Source of the DNA: Opitutaceae bacterium
GTDB lineage: Bacteria; Verrucomicrobiota; Verrucomicrobiia; Opitutales; Opitutaceae
NCBI GenBank assembly: GCA_035298965.1
Contig: DATGXO010000107.1
Span: forward strand, 38,860-102,859
Direction: 5' to 3'
Length of the DNA stretch: 64,000 bases
Positions 34,480-45,136 of the stretch are shown here, piece by piece (the first letter of the stretch is position 1; each line of letters begins with the position of its first letter). The notes under the pieces are model-generated. The model saw only the letters and a list, made by a program, of their open reading frames with translations, searched no databases and was not told the origin of the DNA. Made by a program: the position numbers and the translations under genes.

Positions 34480-36948
34480 ATGCCGCGCGCCTATCCCACC
34501 ACCGAGCCTTCGACCGTCGAAGTCTTCGACCGGTTGCTGCTGTGGTTTTCTCCGGTGGCGCTTGCGGGGATCGTGGTGGCTTGGCCCTCGAACGCGCGAC
34601 TGGGGACCGCCTGGGTCTGCGTCGTGCTCGGCGCGGAGCTGGGCATCGGCGTGCTCGTGTCGTTGCTGCGGCGGCACCTGCGACCGTCGCTGCGGCTCGC
34701 GACCTACAGTCTGTGCTTCGTGTTGGCGGGAGCGGCCGAGGCCTTCGCGGTCGGGGTGTTGGGCGCGGGGCTGCTGTTCACGTTTCTCGGGATCCTGCTC
34801 GCCTCGGTCGCGCGTTGCAACTGGGTGCGCTGGCTGACGATTACCGCGGCTGCGGTGCTCCTGGGCGCCGCGACGGTGTTGCACGGCTTCGGCTGGTTGG
34901 TGACGCGGGACATAGCGCAGTACGCCGCTTCCCCTTGGACCGGCGCCAGCGCGCTGCTGTTGCTGGCCTTCGCCGGTATGGTGGTGGTCTTCTGGAGCCG
35001 ACTGAGCGACGGCCTGTTCCGCGCCAACGAGGATCGGCGCCTCGCGGAGGAGCATTTTCAAATGATCTTCGAGATCGCCGGCGACGCCGCGCTCATCTTC
35101 GAAGAAGGCCGGCTGGTCGCGGCGAATGCGCAGGCGGAGGTCGCATTCGGCCATGGCGCCGACGAACTACGCGGGCTCGCCTGGGAGTTGCTCAGCCCCG
35201 ATCGCCAGGCCAACGGCCGCAGCTCCGTCGACGAATCACGCCGGATCTTCGCTGCGGCCTCCGAGGGGACGCAACATTTCCGCTGGTTGCACCGCCGCCG
35301 CGACGGCCGCCTCTTCGAGGCTGAGGTCGCGCTCAGCAGCGCGTTGTTCGGCCAACGGCGCATTCATCTCGCCATCGTGCACGACCTCTCCGACTACCGG
35401 ATCGTCGAACGCGAAAACCGCCTGCTTGCGACCGCCCTCAGTCACGCGAGCGAGGCCGTCGCGATCACCGACGCGGCCGGGCAGGTCGTCTACGTGAACC
35501 GTGCCTTCGAGGTGATCACCGGCTACTCGCGCCACGAGGTGCACGGGCGCAACCTCCGCCTGCTCAAGAGCGGCCGGCACGACGCCGCGTTCTACCGCGA
35601 ACTCTGGACGACGATCACCGCCGGCCAGGTGTGGCGCGGCCGGCTCGAAAACCGGCGCAAGGACGGCACCTTCTTCACGGAGACCACGTGCATCACGCCG
35701 CTGCGCGACGAGCGCGGAGTGATCTCGCACTTCGTCGCGGTCAAACGCGACATCTCGCACGAGCTCGAACTCGAGGACCAGCTCGTGCAGTCCCGCAAGA
35801 TGGAAGCCGTCGGCCGCCTTGCCGGCGGCATCGCCCACGACTTCAACAACATCCTCCAGGTGATCACCGGCAACGTCGCCATGGCCGCGCTGGATGCCCC
35901 CGCCGGACATCCCGTGCACGCCTCGCTCGACGAGATTGCGCGCGCCAGCGACCGGGCGGTCAATCTCGTGCAACAACTGCTCGCCTTCAGCCGCCGGGAG
36001 ACGCTCAAGCTGCGCCCCGTCGAGCTCGGCGGCCTGATCGGCGAGGCCAGCCGCATGCTCCGGCGGTTGATCGGCGAGGACATCGCCCTCGCGGTGCAGA
36101 CGGGCGGGAAACCCCTGCACGTGCTCGCAGATCCGGTACGCGTCGAGCAGATCCTCCTCAACCTCTGCGTGAACTCCCGCGATGCCATGCCCGACGGCGG
36201 TCGGATCACCATCGAGGCCGAGGCGCTCGAGATCGACGACGCGTTTTGCGCCAATCGCCCCGAGGCCAAGCCGGGCAGCTACATCGCGGTCGCCGTGACC
36301 GACGACGGCTGCGGCATCCCGAAGGAGATTCAGCACCGCATTTTCGAGCCGTTCTTCTCCACAAAGGAAGTCGGCCGCGGCACCGGCCTCGGCTTGGCGA
36401 CGGTCTACGCGATCGTGCGGCAGCACGGCGGCTTCATCAACCTGTACTCGGAAGTCGGGCTCGGGACGACGTTCCGGTTCTACCTTCCGGCGGCGCCCGC
36501 GCCGGAGGCTGTCGCCCCGGCCGCCGCGCAAACCGATGTCGCGGCGCTCCACAGCCGCGGCGAGACGATCCTCATCGCGGAAGATGACGAGCAGGTGCTG
36601 GCGATTGCGCACCGCGTCCTGGCTCAGGCCGGCTACCGGGTGCTCACCGCGAAAAGCGGCGACGAGGCGCTGGCGCTGCACGAGGGTCGCGACGGGCCGA
36701 TCCACCTCGCGATCCTCGATGTCGTCATGCCGCACCGCAACGGCCGCCTCACCCACGACGAGCTCCGCCGCCGCGATCCGGCGCTACCGGTCCTTTTCGC
36801 CACGGGCTACAGCTACCACCATCTGCAGGACGGACTCATCGAGCAGGAGCAGGTGCTGCGAAAGCCGTTCACGCATCGCGAGCTCCTCGTCCGCGTGCGC
36901 TCCGCGATCGACGGTAAACCCGAAGGCATGGTCGCCACCGCGACGTGA
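34480..36948 (+). CDS. Hybrid sensor histidine kinase (membrane domain, 2 PAS, HisKA, HATPase_c, receiver)
   Basis: H-box GGIAHDFNNIL, G2 box GTGLGLATV, receiver ILIAEDDE...LDVVMP, and PAS cores (ITGYSRHEVHGRNLRLL). ATG 34480 is preferred over the track start at 34333. Confidence 0.85.
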   Translation: MPRAYPTTEPSTVEVFDRLLLWFSPVALAGIVVAWPSNARLGTAWVCVVLGAELGIGVLVSLLRRHLRPSLRLATYSLCFVLAGAAEAFAVGVLGAGLLFTFLGILLASVARCNWVRWLTITAAAVLLGAATVLHGFGWLVTRDIAQYAASPWTGASALLLLAFAGMVVVFWSRLSDGLFRANEDRRLAEEHFQMIFEIAGDAALIFEEGRLVAANAQAEVAFGHGADELRGLAWELLSPDRQANGRSSVDESRRIFAAASEGTQHFRWLHRRRDGRLFEAEVALSSALFGQRRIHLAIVHDLSDYRIVERENRLLATALSHASEAVAITDAAGQVVYVNRAFEVITGYSRHEVHGRNLRLLKSGRHDAAFYRELWTTITAGQVWRGRLENRRKDGTFFTETTCITPLRDERGVISHFVAVKRDISHELELEDQLVQSRKMEAVGRLAGGIAHDFNNILQVITGNVAMAALDAPAGHPVHASLDEIARASDRAVNLVQQLLAFSRRETLKLRPVELGGLIGEASRMLRRLIGEDIALAVQTGGKPLHVLADPVRVEQILLNLCVNSRDAMPDGGRITIEAEALEIDDAFCANRPEAKPGSYIAVAVTDDGCGIPKEIQHRIFEPFFSTKEVGRGTGLGLATVYAIVRQHGGFINLYSEVGLGTTFRFYLPAAPAPEAVAPAAAQTDVAALHSRGETILIAEDDEQVLAIAHRVLAQAGYRVLTAKSGDEALALHEGRDGPIHLAILDVVMPHRNGRLTHDELRRRDPALPVLFATGYSYHHLQDGLIEQEQVLRKPFTHRELLVRVRSAIDGKPEGMVATAT

Positions 36949-36957
36949 GCCGCGTTT

Positions 36958-36982
36958 CGCCCGCGCCGCTCGGGCGCGGGCG
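36958..36982. terminator. GC-rich hairpin between convergent genes (possible bidirectional terminator)
   Basis: CGCCCGCGCC-gctcg-GGCGCGGGCG, a 10-bp perfect stem, sits 10 nt after the kinase stop and 22 nt after the GH31 stop. No clear U-tract. Confidence 0.35.
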
Positions 36983-37003
36983 ACGGTTGCCGGCCCACTG
37001 CAA

Positions 37004-39646
37004 TCAGGGCCGCGTGGAGGAGTTTCCGCCCTGCGGCCGCGGCAGCTCCAAGGGCTGGCCTGCAAAGTCGATCGATGCGTCGGGCGCGGCGGTGGTTTCG
37101 TCACCGACTCCACAACCCGGACGCACCCAGACGATGCGAAAGGTCCGCTTCACCGACATTTCGGGGAAACTGCCCGCGCGGGCGCCGAAGGTGAGCGTCT
37201 GCTTCCGTTCGTCCCAATGCAGCGAAACGGTGGCGCGAGCGCCTTCCGTGTAGGCGTTGGAAACGCCGTCGTCTTCGTAGAGCGTGTAGTCGGCGTCGGC
37301 GCCGGGGTAGATCCGCAGATCGATCGGCCCGTCGAGTTTTTCGTCGCTGAACTGCTGGACCGGGCCGAGCGGCAGGATCGAGCCGCCGCGCACGAAGAGC
37401 GGGATGCGGCTCAGCGGAGCCGCGGCTGAGACAGTGCGGCCGCCGATGTGGCGCTCGCCGGTCCAGAAGTCGAACCAGCCGCCCGCGTCCTGCGGCAGAT
37501 AGACCGGCCACTGTTCGACGCCTGGCGCGAGGACCGGCGCGACGAGCAGAGCGGGGCCGAACATGAATTCGCCGGTCTGGTCGAGCGCGGTCGTGTCGTC
37601 CGGAAAATCGAGCACGAGCGGGCGCATGAGCGTCGAACCCGCGAAGCTCACGCGCGCGGTTTCGCTGTAGAGGTAGGGCAGGAGCCGGTAGCGCAGCTTG
37701 AGCCAGCGGCGGCTCTCGGCTTCGACTTGCGGGCCGTAGCGCCAGAATTCGGTGTCGGTCTGATAGCCATGCACGCGGAGCAACGGTGTGAAGAGCGAGA
37801 ACTGCAACCAGCGTAGGAAACGTTCGTGGTAATCGGCGTCGGTGAACTGGCCCGCGCCGGGGCGGAAGAAACCGCCGGTGTCGGTCGTCCACCACGGCAG
37901 GCCGGTGACGACGTAGCCGAGGCCCGCGGTGACTTGCCGGCGCAGCGTCTCCCAGTCGTTGCCGATGTCCCCGGACCAGGTCGCCGCCGCGTAACGCTGT
38001 TGGCCGGCGAACGCGCAGCGGGTGAGGATGAGCGGCCGGCGTGCGGAGTCGTCGCGCCGCAGGCCTTCATAGACGGTGCGGTTCACGAGCAGCGGGTAAA
38101 CGTTACGCATCCGCTCGCCCAGGCCGGCGTGCGTGCGCCGGTCCGCGAGATCGTCGTTTTCCGGCTCGGTGGCATCCTGCCACCACGCGTCGATGCCGAG
38201 CGGGAGCAGGCGCGAACGCACGTTTTCCCAATAGAAAGCGGTGGCACTGGGATTGAAGAAATCGACCCAGTCCGTGCCGGGAATCAGGTAACCGCGGGCG
38301 ACAAACTCGCGGCCGACCTCGGACTGCGGATCGATCTTCGACCACACGGAGAGCATGAATCGCGTGTGCTGCGCGTGCAGCTGCGCGATCATCGCGCCGG
38401 GATCGGGGTAGTCCGCCTCGTCGAACCGCATGGCGTTCCAGCCATGGCGGCCCCAGTACTGCCAATCCTGCACGATCACATCGATTGGGAGCCCGCGCGC
38501 GCGGAACTCGGCGGCGTTGGCCAGCAACTCGGCCTGCGCCTTGAAACGCTCGCGACAATGGATGTAGCCGAGCGCCCAGCGCGGCATGAGCGGTGCCGGT
38601 CCGGTGAGCTGGCGATAGGCCGCGGTGATCTCGTCGCCGTGCCCGGCCACCACCACGTAGTCGAGCGCATCGGCGACCGGAGAGCGAAATTCCGTGACGG
38701 CCCGCGCGGGCCGGAAACTCAGCACGGGTGCATCGTCCTTCTCGCCCACGACCACCGCTTCGTGTTCGCCGGCGTCGAGTTGGGCGAAGCATCCCGCGAA
38801 GGGAGGCAGCCAATGGTTGCTGAAGTCGACGATCGGCTTGCCGTCGATCTCCACACGCCAGCGGCGCGCCATCTTCCGGCCGACATCGAGGGCGAAGGTG
38901 TAGCGGCCGGGCGTCGTCACCAGGAAACGGCCGACGAACGCGCGGTCCTGCCGCGTTTCCTTCTTCGTGCCCTCGGTGGTCGTCACGTCCACCGCCGACG
39001 CGACGCCGCTGGCATCGCGGGCGGTGAGCGCGATCTGCGCGTCGGCGGGGTTGAACTCGGTGAGTCCGTAGTTGTGCCACAGCAGACCGAAACCGCGGCT
39101 CGAAACGATGAACGGGATCGCGATCTGGGTGTTCACCTGCGCAAGCCGGCGGGGCAGATCGCGGATGTTGAGGAAACCGTCCTGAAACTGCCCGGTCCCG
39201 AACAGCCGCTCGTCCGCCGGCGAATCGAAGGACTGGGCGACGGTCCACGTCGGCTCGCCATGGATGGTCGAGGCCTCGACTCGGCGCGTACCGGGCTGCT
39301 CGCGCAGGAACACGCGCCCGCTGGCGTCGCGAAACGTGATCGTGCCGGTGGTCCGATCGACGCTGGCGCTCAGGCACGCCAGCTCCAGGTCGATCGCGTC
39401 GGCCTTCTCCCGCACTTCGAACCTCGGCGTGGGGACATCCTCCGTGAGAATCAGGCTGTCGCTCTCGACACTGGCGCCGCGGACGAAGCGCACGCGCAGC
39501 GCATTGTCGAGGAGCGGCCGGAGCACCAGCCGGCCGCCGCCGATCTCGATGCTCCATTCGCGCGGGGTGGCGGGCGCCGCGGGTTGCGCGGGCAATTGGG
39601 CCGTCAAAACCAAGGCGAAGGCGGAGAGCAACAACGTGCGACGCAT
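37004..39646 (-). CDS. GH31 glycoside hydrolase with PA14-like insertion (alpha-xylosidase-type)
   Basis: ATG 39646 with signal peptide. GIDAWWQDATEPE catalytic region, WSGDIG, and an inserted beta-domain between the N-terminal and catalytic domains. Confidence 0.8.
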   Translation of the reverse strand: MRRTLLLSAFALVLTAQLPAQPAAPATPREWSIEIGGGRLVLRPLLDNALRVRFVRGASVESDSLILTEDVPTPRFEVREKADAIDLELACLSASVDRTTGTITFRDASGRVFLREQPGTRRVEASTIHGEPTWTVAQSFDSPADERLFGTGQFQDGFLNIRDLPRRLAQVNTQIAIPFIVSSRGFGLLWHNYGLTEFNPADAQIALTARDASGVASAVDVTTTEGTKKETRQDRAFVGRFLVTTPGRYTFALDVGRKMARRWRVEIDGKPIVDFSNHWLPPFAGCFAQLDAGEHEAVVVGEKDDAPVLSFRPARAVTEFRSPVADALDYVVVAGHGDEITAAYRQLTGPAPLMPRWALGYIHCRERFKAQAELLANAAEFRARGLPIDVIVQDWQYWGRHGWNAMRFDEADYPDPGAMIAQLHAQHTRFMLSVWSKIDPQSEVGREFVARGYLIPGTDWVDFFNPSATAFYWENVRSRLLPLGIDAWWQDATEPENDDLADRRTHAGLGERMRNVYPLLVNRTVYEGLRRDDSARRPLILTRCAFAGQQRYAAATWSGDIGNDWETLRRQVTAGLGYVVTGLPWWTTDTGGFFRPGAGQFTDADYHERFLRWLQFSLFTPLLRVHGYQTDTEFWRYGPQVEAESRRWLKLRYRLLPYLYSETARVSFAGSTLMRPLVLDFPDDTTALDQTGEFMFGPALLVAPVLAPGVEQWPVYLPQDAGGWFDFWTGERHIGGRTVSAAAPLSRIPLFVRGGSILPLGPVQQFSDEKLDGPIDLRIYPGADADYTLYEDDGVSNAYTEGARATVSLHWDERKQTLTFGARAGSFPEMSVKRTFRIVWVRPGCGVGDETTAAPDASIDFAGQPLELPRPQGGNSSTRP

Positions 39647-39647
39647 G

Positions 39648-42299
39648 TTAACGAAGAGCGCTGGTGAGTGTGACTTCCTTTGCCTCGAGTCCCTCCGCTT
39701 CGGCTCGGAGCACGAGCGTACCCGCAGTTCCGGCACGGCTGCGAACGATGACGATCGCACGGCCGTTGAAGGCTTTGCGCTCGGGTGTTTGGAAGGATTC
39801 GAAGCTGATCGGGTTGCCGTTGTCGGTCGCGATGATCTCGCCGGGGCCTTGCAGCGAGAAACGCACGAGGTTGTTCGCGCGCGGCGCGAGCACGCCGGCG
39901 GCGTCGAGGAGGTCGACCGTGACGTAGACGAGGTCGGTGCCGTCGGCGCGGAACGTCGCACGATCGGGGGTGAGCGCGATCTTCGCGGGTGCGCCGGCGG
40001 TGCGTTGCGTGTCCTCGGTCCAGTGTTGGCCGTTCTTGTACGCGACCACCTTGATTTCGCCGGGCGCATAGCGCACGTCATCCCAGCGCAGGCGGTAGTC
40101 GTGCGGGCCGCGTTTCTTGCGACCGAGCGATTTGCCGTTGAGGAAGAGCTCGGCTTCGTCGCCGCTGGTGTAGACGTGCACGGGCGTGATCTCGCCGGTG
40201 CGCTCCGGCCAGGTCCAGTGCGGGAGGAGGTGCGCCATCGGGTGATCCGGGCGCCAGCGCGCCTGGTAGAGGAAGAAGCGGTCCTTCGGCAGGCCGGCGA
40301 GGTCGAGGATGCCGAAATAGGAGCTGCGCGCCGGCACCGGGATGCGACCGCGCTCCGCGAGTTCCTTCGCCATGCGCTCGCGCGCGGCGGGATCGGAGAA
40401 GTTGAGGAGGATGGTCGCGTCGCTGAGGTACGGTTGCGGCTCGCCCAGATAGTCGAAGCCGGTCCAGACGAACTCGCCGGCGTAACCGGTGATCGCATCG
40501 GAGGCGCGCCACTCGGGCTCCGTGCCCGAGGCCCACGACTCGGCGGTGTAGTCGTACGAGCTGACCTGGAAATTCACGCGCGCACCGCGATCGAGCCGGT
40601 CTTCGCTCACGGGGAAGAAATACTCGCCGCGCGAGCTGATCGTGGAGGCCGTCTCGGAACCGTAGAGCGGGATGGCGGGATTCTCGGCGCGGAAACGCGC
40701 GTACGTCTCGATGCGGTAGTTGAGGCCGGTTGCGTCGAACGCGTGCTGGACGCCGTTGAAGCCCATCTCACCGGAGTGGTTGGCGTTGCTCACGGGCCGG
40801 GTGCGGTCCTCCTCGCGCACGATGGCGGCGAGGTGCGCGGCGAGTTTCCACGCCTCGTGGCTGTCCTCGCCCCACTGCTCGACGACTTCGTTGCCGACGC
40901 TCCACATGAACACGCTCGGGTGGTTGCGGTCGCGGCGGACGAGGGCGCGGAGATCCGCCTCGTGCCAGTCGGCGAAGAAACGGTGGTAGTCGTTGCGACC
41001 TTTGCCCTTTGCCCAGCAATCGAAAGCTTCGTCGTAGACGAGGAAGCCGAGGCGGTCGCAGGCGTCGAGAAATTCGGGCGCGGGCGGATTGTGCGAGGTG
41101 CGGATGGCGTTGCAGCCGAGCGTGCGGAGAATCTCGAGCTGGCGTTCGATGGCGCGCGGGTTGATCGCGGCGCCAAGGGCGCCGAGATCGTGGTGCAGGC
41201 ACACGCCCTGGAGGCGCACCACTTCGCCGTTGAGCAGGAAGCCGCGCTCGGCGTCGAACGCGACCGTGCGGATGCCGAACGTTGTCTCGACGCGGTCGAT
41301 GATCTCGTCGCTGCGTTTGATCGTGCTGACGGCGACGTAGCGGTGCGGCGCGGTGATGCTCCAGAGCTTGGGGGAGGCGACCTTCAGCGTCTGCGTGGTG
41401 GACGACTCGCGGTGCGACGGCGCGCGCAGTTTGACCGGCTGGCCGCTCGCGACGGCGCCGGCGCCGTTTTTCGAGCCGGCGGCGTCGAGGGCGAAAAGCT
41501 CCGTGTTGATCGTGAGCTCGGCGGCCTCACCGGTGTCGTTCATCGTGCGGACCTCGACCGACACGAGGGCGGAATCGGCGCTGACGCGCGGCGTGGTGAC
41601 GAACGTGCCCCATTGCGCGACGTGAATCGGAGCCGTCTTGGTGAGCCACACGTTGCGGTAGAGTCCGGCTCCCGGATACCAGCGCGAGGACTCGTAGAGG
41701 TTGTCGAGACGAACCGCGAGGACGTTGTCCCCACCGGGCTTGGCGTAAGGCGTGAGGTCGAGCTGGAACGACGTGTAGCCGTAGGCCCAGCCGCCGACGA
41801 ACTGGCCGTTGAGCCAGACGAGCGGGCAGGACAACGCACCGTCGATCTCGAGGGTGAGCCGGCGGCCGGCGTCGGTGGCGGGCAGCGTGAAACGCTTCCG
41901 GTACCAACCGGGCGTGCCGAAGGGCAGCTTGCCGGTGTCGCCGGGCAGATCCTGTTGAAACGGCCCTTCGATGGCCCAGTCGTGCGGCAGGTCGAGCGAG
42001 CGCCACGCGCTGTCGTCGTAACCGGGCTGTACGCACGAAATACCGCTGCCGAGATTCCCGGAGGGGCGGGCGGGCTTGGTCGTGCCGGAGCCGAGGAGCG
42101 GCGCGCTGCTCGGCAGCAGCCACGTGCGCACGGTCGGGTAATCGAGCTCGGACGCGACCCATTGCGGATCGCCCTTGTAGAAGCGCCAGCCGCTGTTGAG
42201 CGAGAGGCGTTCACGGGGTGGTGCTTCGTCCGCACGGAGAACCGCCGAGGAGCCGAAGCAGAGCGCGACGGCGACGATGATGGGGAATGCGCGTTTCAT
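39648..42299 (-). CDS. GH2 glycoside hydrolase (beta-galactosidase-type)
   Basis: ATG 42299 with signal peptide. LNGQFVGGW sugar-binding domain, NAIRTSHNPP, MWSVGNE (acid/base), and a C-terminal Ig-like domain. Confidence 0.85.
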   Translation of the reverse strand: MKRAFPIIVAVALCFGSSAVLRADEAPPRERLSLNSGWRFYKGDPQWVASELDYPTVRTWLLPSSAPLLGSGTTKPARPSGNLGSGISCVQPGYDDSAWRSLDLPHDWAIEGPFQQDLPGDTGKLPFGTPGWYRKRFTLPATDAGRRLTLEIDGALSCPLVWLNGQFVGGWAYGYTSFQLDLTPYAKPGGDNVLAVRLDNLYESSRWYPGAGLYRNVWLTKTAPIHVAQWGTFVTTPRVSADSALVSVEVRTMNDTGEAAELTINTELFALDAAGSKNGAGAVASGQPVKLRAPSHRESSTTQTLKVASPKLWSITAPHRYVAVSTIKRSDEIIDRVETTFGIRTVAFDAERGFLLNGEVVRLQGVCLHHDLGALGAAINPRAIERQLEILRTLGCNAIRTSHNPPAPEFLDACDRLGFLVYDEAFDCWAKGKGRNDYHRFFADWHEADLRALVRRDRNHPSVFMWSVGNEVVEQWGEDSHEAWKLAAHLAAIVREEDRTRPVSNANHSGEMGFNGVQHAFDATGLNYRIETYARFRAENPAIPLYGSETASTISSRGEYFFPVSEDRLDRGARVNFQVSSYDYTAESWASGTEPEWRASDAITGYAGEFVWTGFDYLGEPQPYLSDATILLNFSDPAARERMAKELAERGRIPVPARSSYFGILDLAGLPKDRFFLYQARWRPDHPMAHLLPHWTWPERTGEITPVHVYTSGDEAELFLNGKSLGRKKRGPHDYRLRWDDVRYAPGEIKVVAYKNGQHWTEDTQRTAGAPAKIALTPDRATFRADGTDLVYVTVDLLDAAGVLAPRANNLVRFSLQGPGEIIATDNGNPISFESFQTPERKAFNGRAIVIVRSRAGTAGTLVLRAEAEGLEAKEVTLTSALR

Positions 42300-42321
42300 G
42301 CAGAACGGACCGTAACGGCGC

Positions 42322-43149
42322 TCACCGGCCGCGCGATGTCGAATCGTCGTTGGTGGTTTCCGGCTTCGCCGCACCGCGCCGCTCGATCGCCACGTGGTAG
42401 TCGGCCACCTCGAGACTCGCGTCGCCCGGGCTGGAGAAGACCTCGGTGCCAAACTGGATGCTCGAAAGCTGTTTGGTCGCGGGCATGAGGCCCTGCGCGA
42501 CCAGGTGGTCGATGAAGGCCTTCACGTCGACCCGCCACGCCGTGGTCGTCTCTTCGCGCACGAACGAGAAGACCTTCCAGCCGATGTCGCCCACGTAGAG
42601 GCTCCACTCGGCGCCGTCGATGCGGACTTTCGCACGAAGTTCGCCGAGCGGGCCCGCGCCGCCGTAGCGGCCCATCCAGATCATCAACTCGTCCGAGGGT
42701 TTGTCTTCGCTGCGTACGGGCGCCGCAGCGTGGAACCAGAGGTCGTAGGCGAGATTCTGCACGCCGGGATTCACGACTTTGACCGAGGCGCTGCTCACGG
42801 CCTGCGCGAGTTCGGAGACGGGCATGGGCAGCCTCCCATCGGTCGACCATGCGCCCCATTGCCAGCCGGTCACGACGCTCGGGTAGCACTTCACGCCGTG
42901 GGGATTGGTCCCGGCGGGCCAGTTGTAGCGGACGCGCCACGTGAGCTTCTCGCCGGGTTGGATCACATCGACGAGTTGCCAGCCGGCGGGCGAAGTGTCT
43001 TTCCCCCAGACGTTGTTGTTCAGGAGGTATCCCGAGACGACGAGCGTCTCCTTTTCCTGGATCGTCTTCTCGCCGGCTGAGGCTGGCGGCATGGACACGC
43101 AGAGAGCGCCCAGACAAAGGGCGCCGAGGCGGAGATGTAGTTTGGTCAT
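42322..43149 (-). CDS. GH12 endo-beta-1,4-glucanase / xyloglucanase
   Basis: ATG 43149 with signal peptide. GH12 motifs NNNVWG, SDELMIWMGRYGGAGPLG and IQFGTEVF. Confidence 0.8.
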   Translation of the reverse strand: MTKLHLRLGALCLGALCVSMPPASAGEKTIQEKETLVVSGYLLNNNVWGKDTSPAGWQLVDVIQPGEKLTWRVRYNWPAGTNPHGVKCYPSVVTGWQWGAWSTDGRLPMPVSELAQAVSSASVKVVNPGVQNLAYDLWFHAAAPVRSEDKPSDELMIWMGRYGGAGPLGELRAKVRIDGAEWSLYVGDIGWKVFSFVREETTTAWRVDVKAFIDHLVAQGLMPATKQLSSIQFGTEVFSSPGDASLEVADYHVAIERRGAAKPETTNDDSTSRGR

Positions 43150-43195
43150 GGAAAAGTCGGCGGTTCCCGCCGCCCGAGCCGAACGCGCTCCCGCG

Positions 43196-45136
43196 TTACT
43201 CGGAATCGGTCGCGAAGGGCGACGCGGGCAGGCCGGCGCGGTTGAACAGATTGCCATCGGCGACGTTGGCCCAGGCGTAACGCACGGCGGTCGGAGCGGG
43301 CACCTCGTCGGCGACGATCTCGATCGCATCGTCGACAATCGTCGCGCGGGCCGGATGGAAAACTCCATCGCCGCCCGCGACGACGAAGCCCCGCAGCTCG
43401 CCGTCCTTTGCCACGAGTCCGCCGCCAAGATGGTCGAACGCCAGGATGGCGCGTCGGCCGTCGACGCGGATCGAGCGGAACGCCGGTCCCGAGTATTCCA
43501 GGTGCTCGCCGTACGCGAGCGCACGAGCGGCGAGAGCGAGGCGTTCGCCCACGGGCTTTTTGTCCGCGGGGTGGATGTCATCGGGGTCGCCCACATCGAG
43601 CGTCACGGCCATCGCGGAGTTGGGGATCGCGGTGAGCGAGAGCCGTTGCGCCTCGCGGATCTCAGGGGGCATCTCGCGGAACGGGGCGATCTGGACGTAC
43701 AAGAACGGGAAGCTGCCCTGGCCCCACGCGCGTCGCCAATCGGCGACGAGATTGGGGAAGAGGCGGCGGTAGAACTGGGGCCGGGTGGCGTTGGTTTCAC
43801 CTTGGTACCAGATTACGCCGCGGATCGCGTAAGGCTGCAGCGGGGCGATCATGCCGTTGTAGAGCACGGTCGGCGTGCCTTGGGCGATCGCGGGATCGAT
43901 CGGCGGCGGCGGGGCGTTGCGCGACGAGACCGAAATCTTGTAGTTCCAGTCGCCGTCCAAGGGGATCGTGAGGGCGGGGTCGTCGGTGCGCGTGAGCCGC
44001 AGCGTGTCGCCGCCCCAGATGCCGCCGCCGCCGCCGGTATCGAGGACGCGGATAGCGATGACGTTGCGGCCCGGCTTCAGCGTGCCGGCGGGCAACTGGT
44101 AAACGCGTGGCTCGCTCCATCTCGTGTGGCAGCCGACGAAGCGGTCGTTGATCCAGGTGGCATCGATGTCGTCGACCGCCCCGAGGTGGAGCTCGACTTC
44201 CCGTCCGATCCACGAGGCCGGCACGTCAAACTCCCGTCGGAACCAGACCACGCCGTCGAGATCGGGCAACCCGGCACTCTCCCAAAACACCGGCAGGCGC
44301 ATCACCGGCCACGCGCTGGTATCGAGCGTCTCCGCGCACCATGGCGGGTTGGAGGCGGAGCCCGGATCGTTCATCTCGAACCAACGCGCGAGGTTGCGTT
44401 CGAAATCGGTGCGAGCTCCGGCGGGATCGCGACGGATCCGGTCGAGGCGTGCGGAGACATCGCTCAGCTCGGGGAGGCGGGAGGCGCCGTCGCGGCTGGT
44501 CCACGCCTCGGCGGGCGTGCCGCCCCACGAGCTGTGGATCAGGCCGATAGGCGTGCCCCGGGCGAGATGCAGCGCGCGGCCGAAGAAGAAGCCGACCGCG
44601 GAGAATTCGGGCGCGGTCTGCGGTGTGCAGACAAGCCATCGGCCCTCGACGTGGGCTTGCGGCTCCAGCGCCATGCGTTGGGCGACACCGAAGTGCCGGA
44701 TCTGAGGGAAATCCGCGGCGGCGGCCTCGGCCTGCCAGTCCTTGATCGGCTTCTGCCACTGCCGCGGGCCGAGCTGCCGTTCCATATTCGACTGGCCACC
44801 ACACACCCAGACTTCGCCGATCAACACATCCGAGACATCGACCCGGTTCTTGCCTTCGATCGTGAGGAGGTGCGGGCCGCCGGCCGGCAACGGCTCCAAC
44901 CGTACGATCCACCGGCCGCCGCGCGCCTGGGTCGTCACGGTCTGTCCCGCGAGCGTTACGGTGATCTTCTCGCCTTCATCCGCCGTGCCCCAGACGGGGA
45001 GCGGCGCGCCTTGTTGGAGCACTGCGTGATCACAAAACAGGGGCGAGGGCACCACGTCGGCCCGCGACAGTGCAGCGGCGGCGATGCAGCCGAGTACCAG
45101 CGCGAGGAGTGGAGTCGTTTTTCGATGCGACTTCAT
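43196..45136 (-). CDS. SASA/DUF303-type carbohydrate O-acetylesterase
   Basis: Signal peptide, VWVCGGQSNME (GQSN catalytic Ser block), and SWGGTPAEAW. Confidence 0.8.
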   Translation of the reverse strand: MKSHRKTTPLLALVLGCIAAAALSRADVVPSPLFCDHAVLQQGAPLPVWGTADEGEKITVTLAGQTVTTQARGGRWIVRLEPLPAGGPHLLTIEGKNRVDVSDVLIGEVWVCGGQSNMERQLGPRQWQKPIKDWQAEAAAADFPQIRHFGVAQRMALEPQAHVEGRWLVCTPQTAPEFSAVGFFFGRALHLARGTPIGLIHSSWGGTPAEAWTSRDGASRLPELSDVSARLDRIRRDPAGARTDFERNLARWFEMNDPGSASNPPWCAETLDTSAWPVMRLPVFWESAGLPDLDGVVWFRREFDVPASWIGREVELHLGAVDDIDATWINDRFVGCHTRWSEPRVYQLPAGTLKPGRNVIAIRVLDTGGGGGIWGGDTLRLTRTDDPALTIPLDGDWNYKISVSSRNAPPPPIDPAIAQGTPTVLYNGMIAPLQPYAIRGVIWYQGETNATRPQFYRRLFPNLVADWRRAWGQGSFPFLYVQIAPFREMPPEIREAQRLSLTAIPNSAMAVTLDVGDPDDIHPADKKPVGERLALAARALAYGEHLEYSGPAFRSIRVDGRRAILAFDHLGGGLVAKDGELRGFVVAGGDGVFHPARATIVDDAIEIVADEVPAPTAVRYAWANVADGNLFNRAGLPASPFATDSE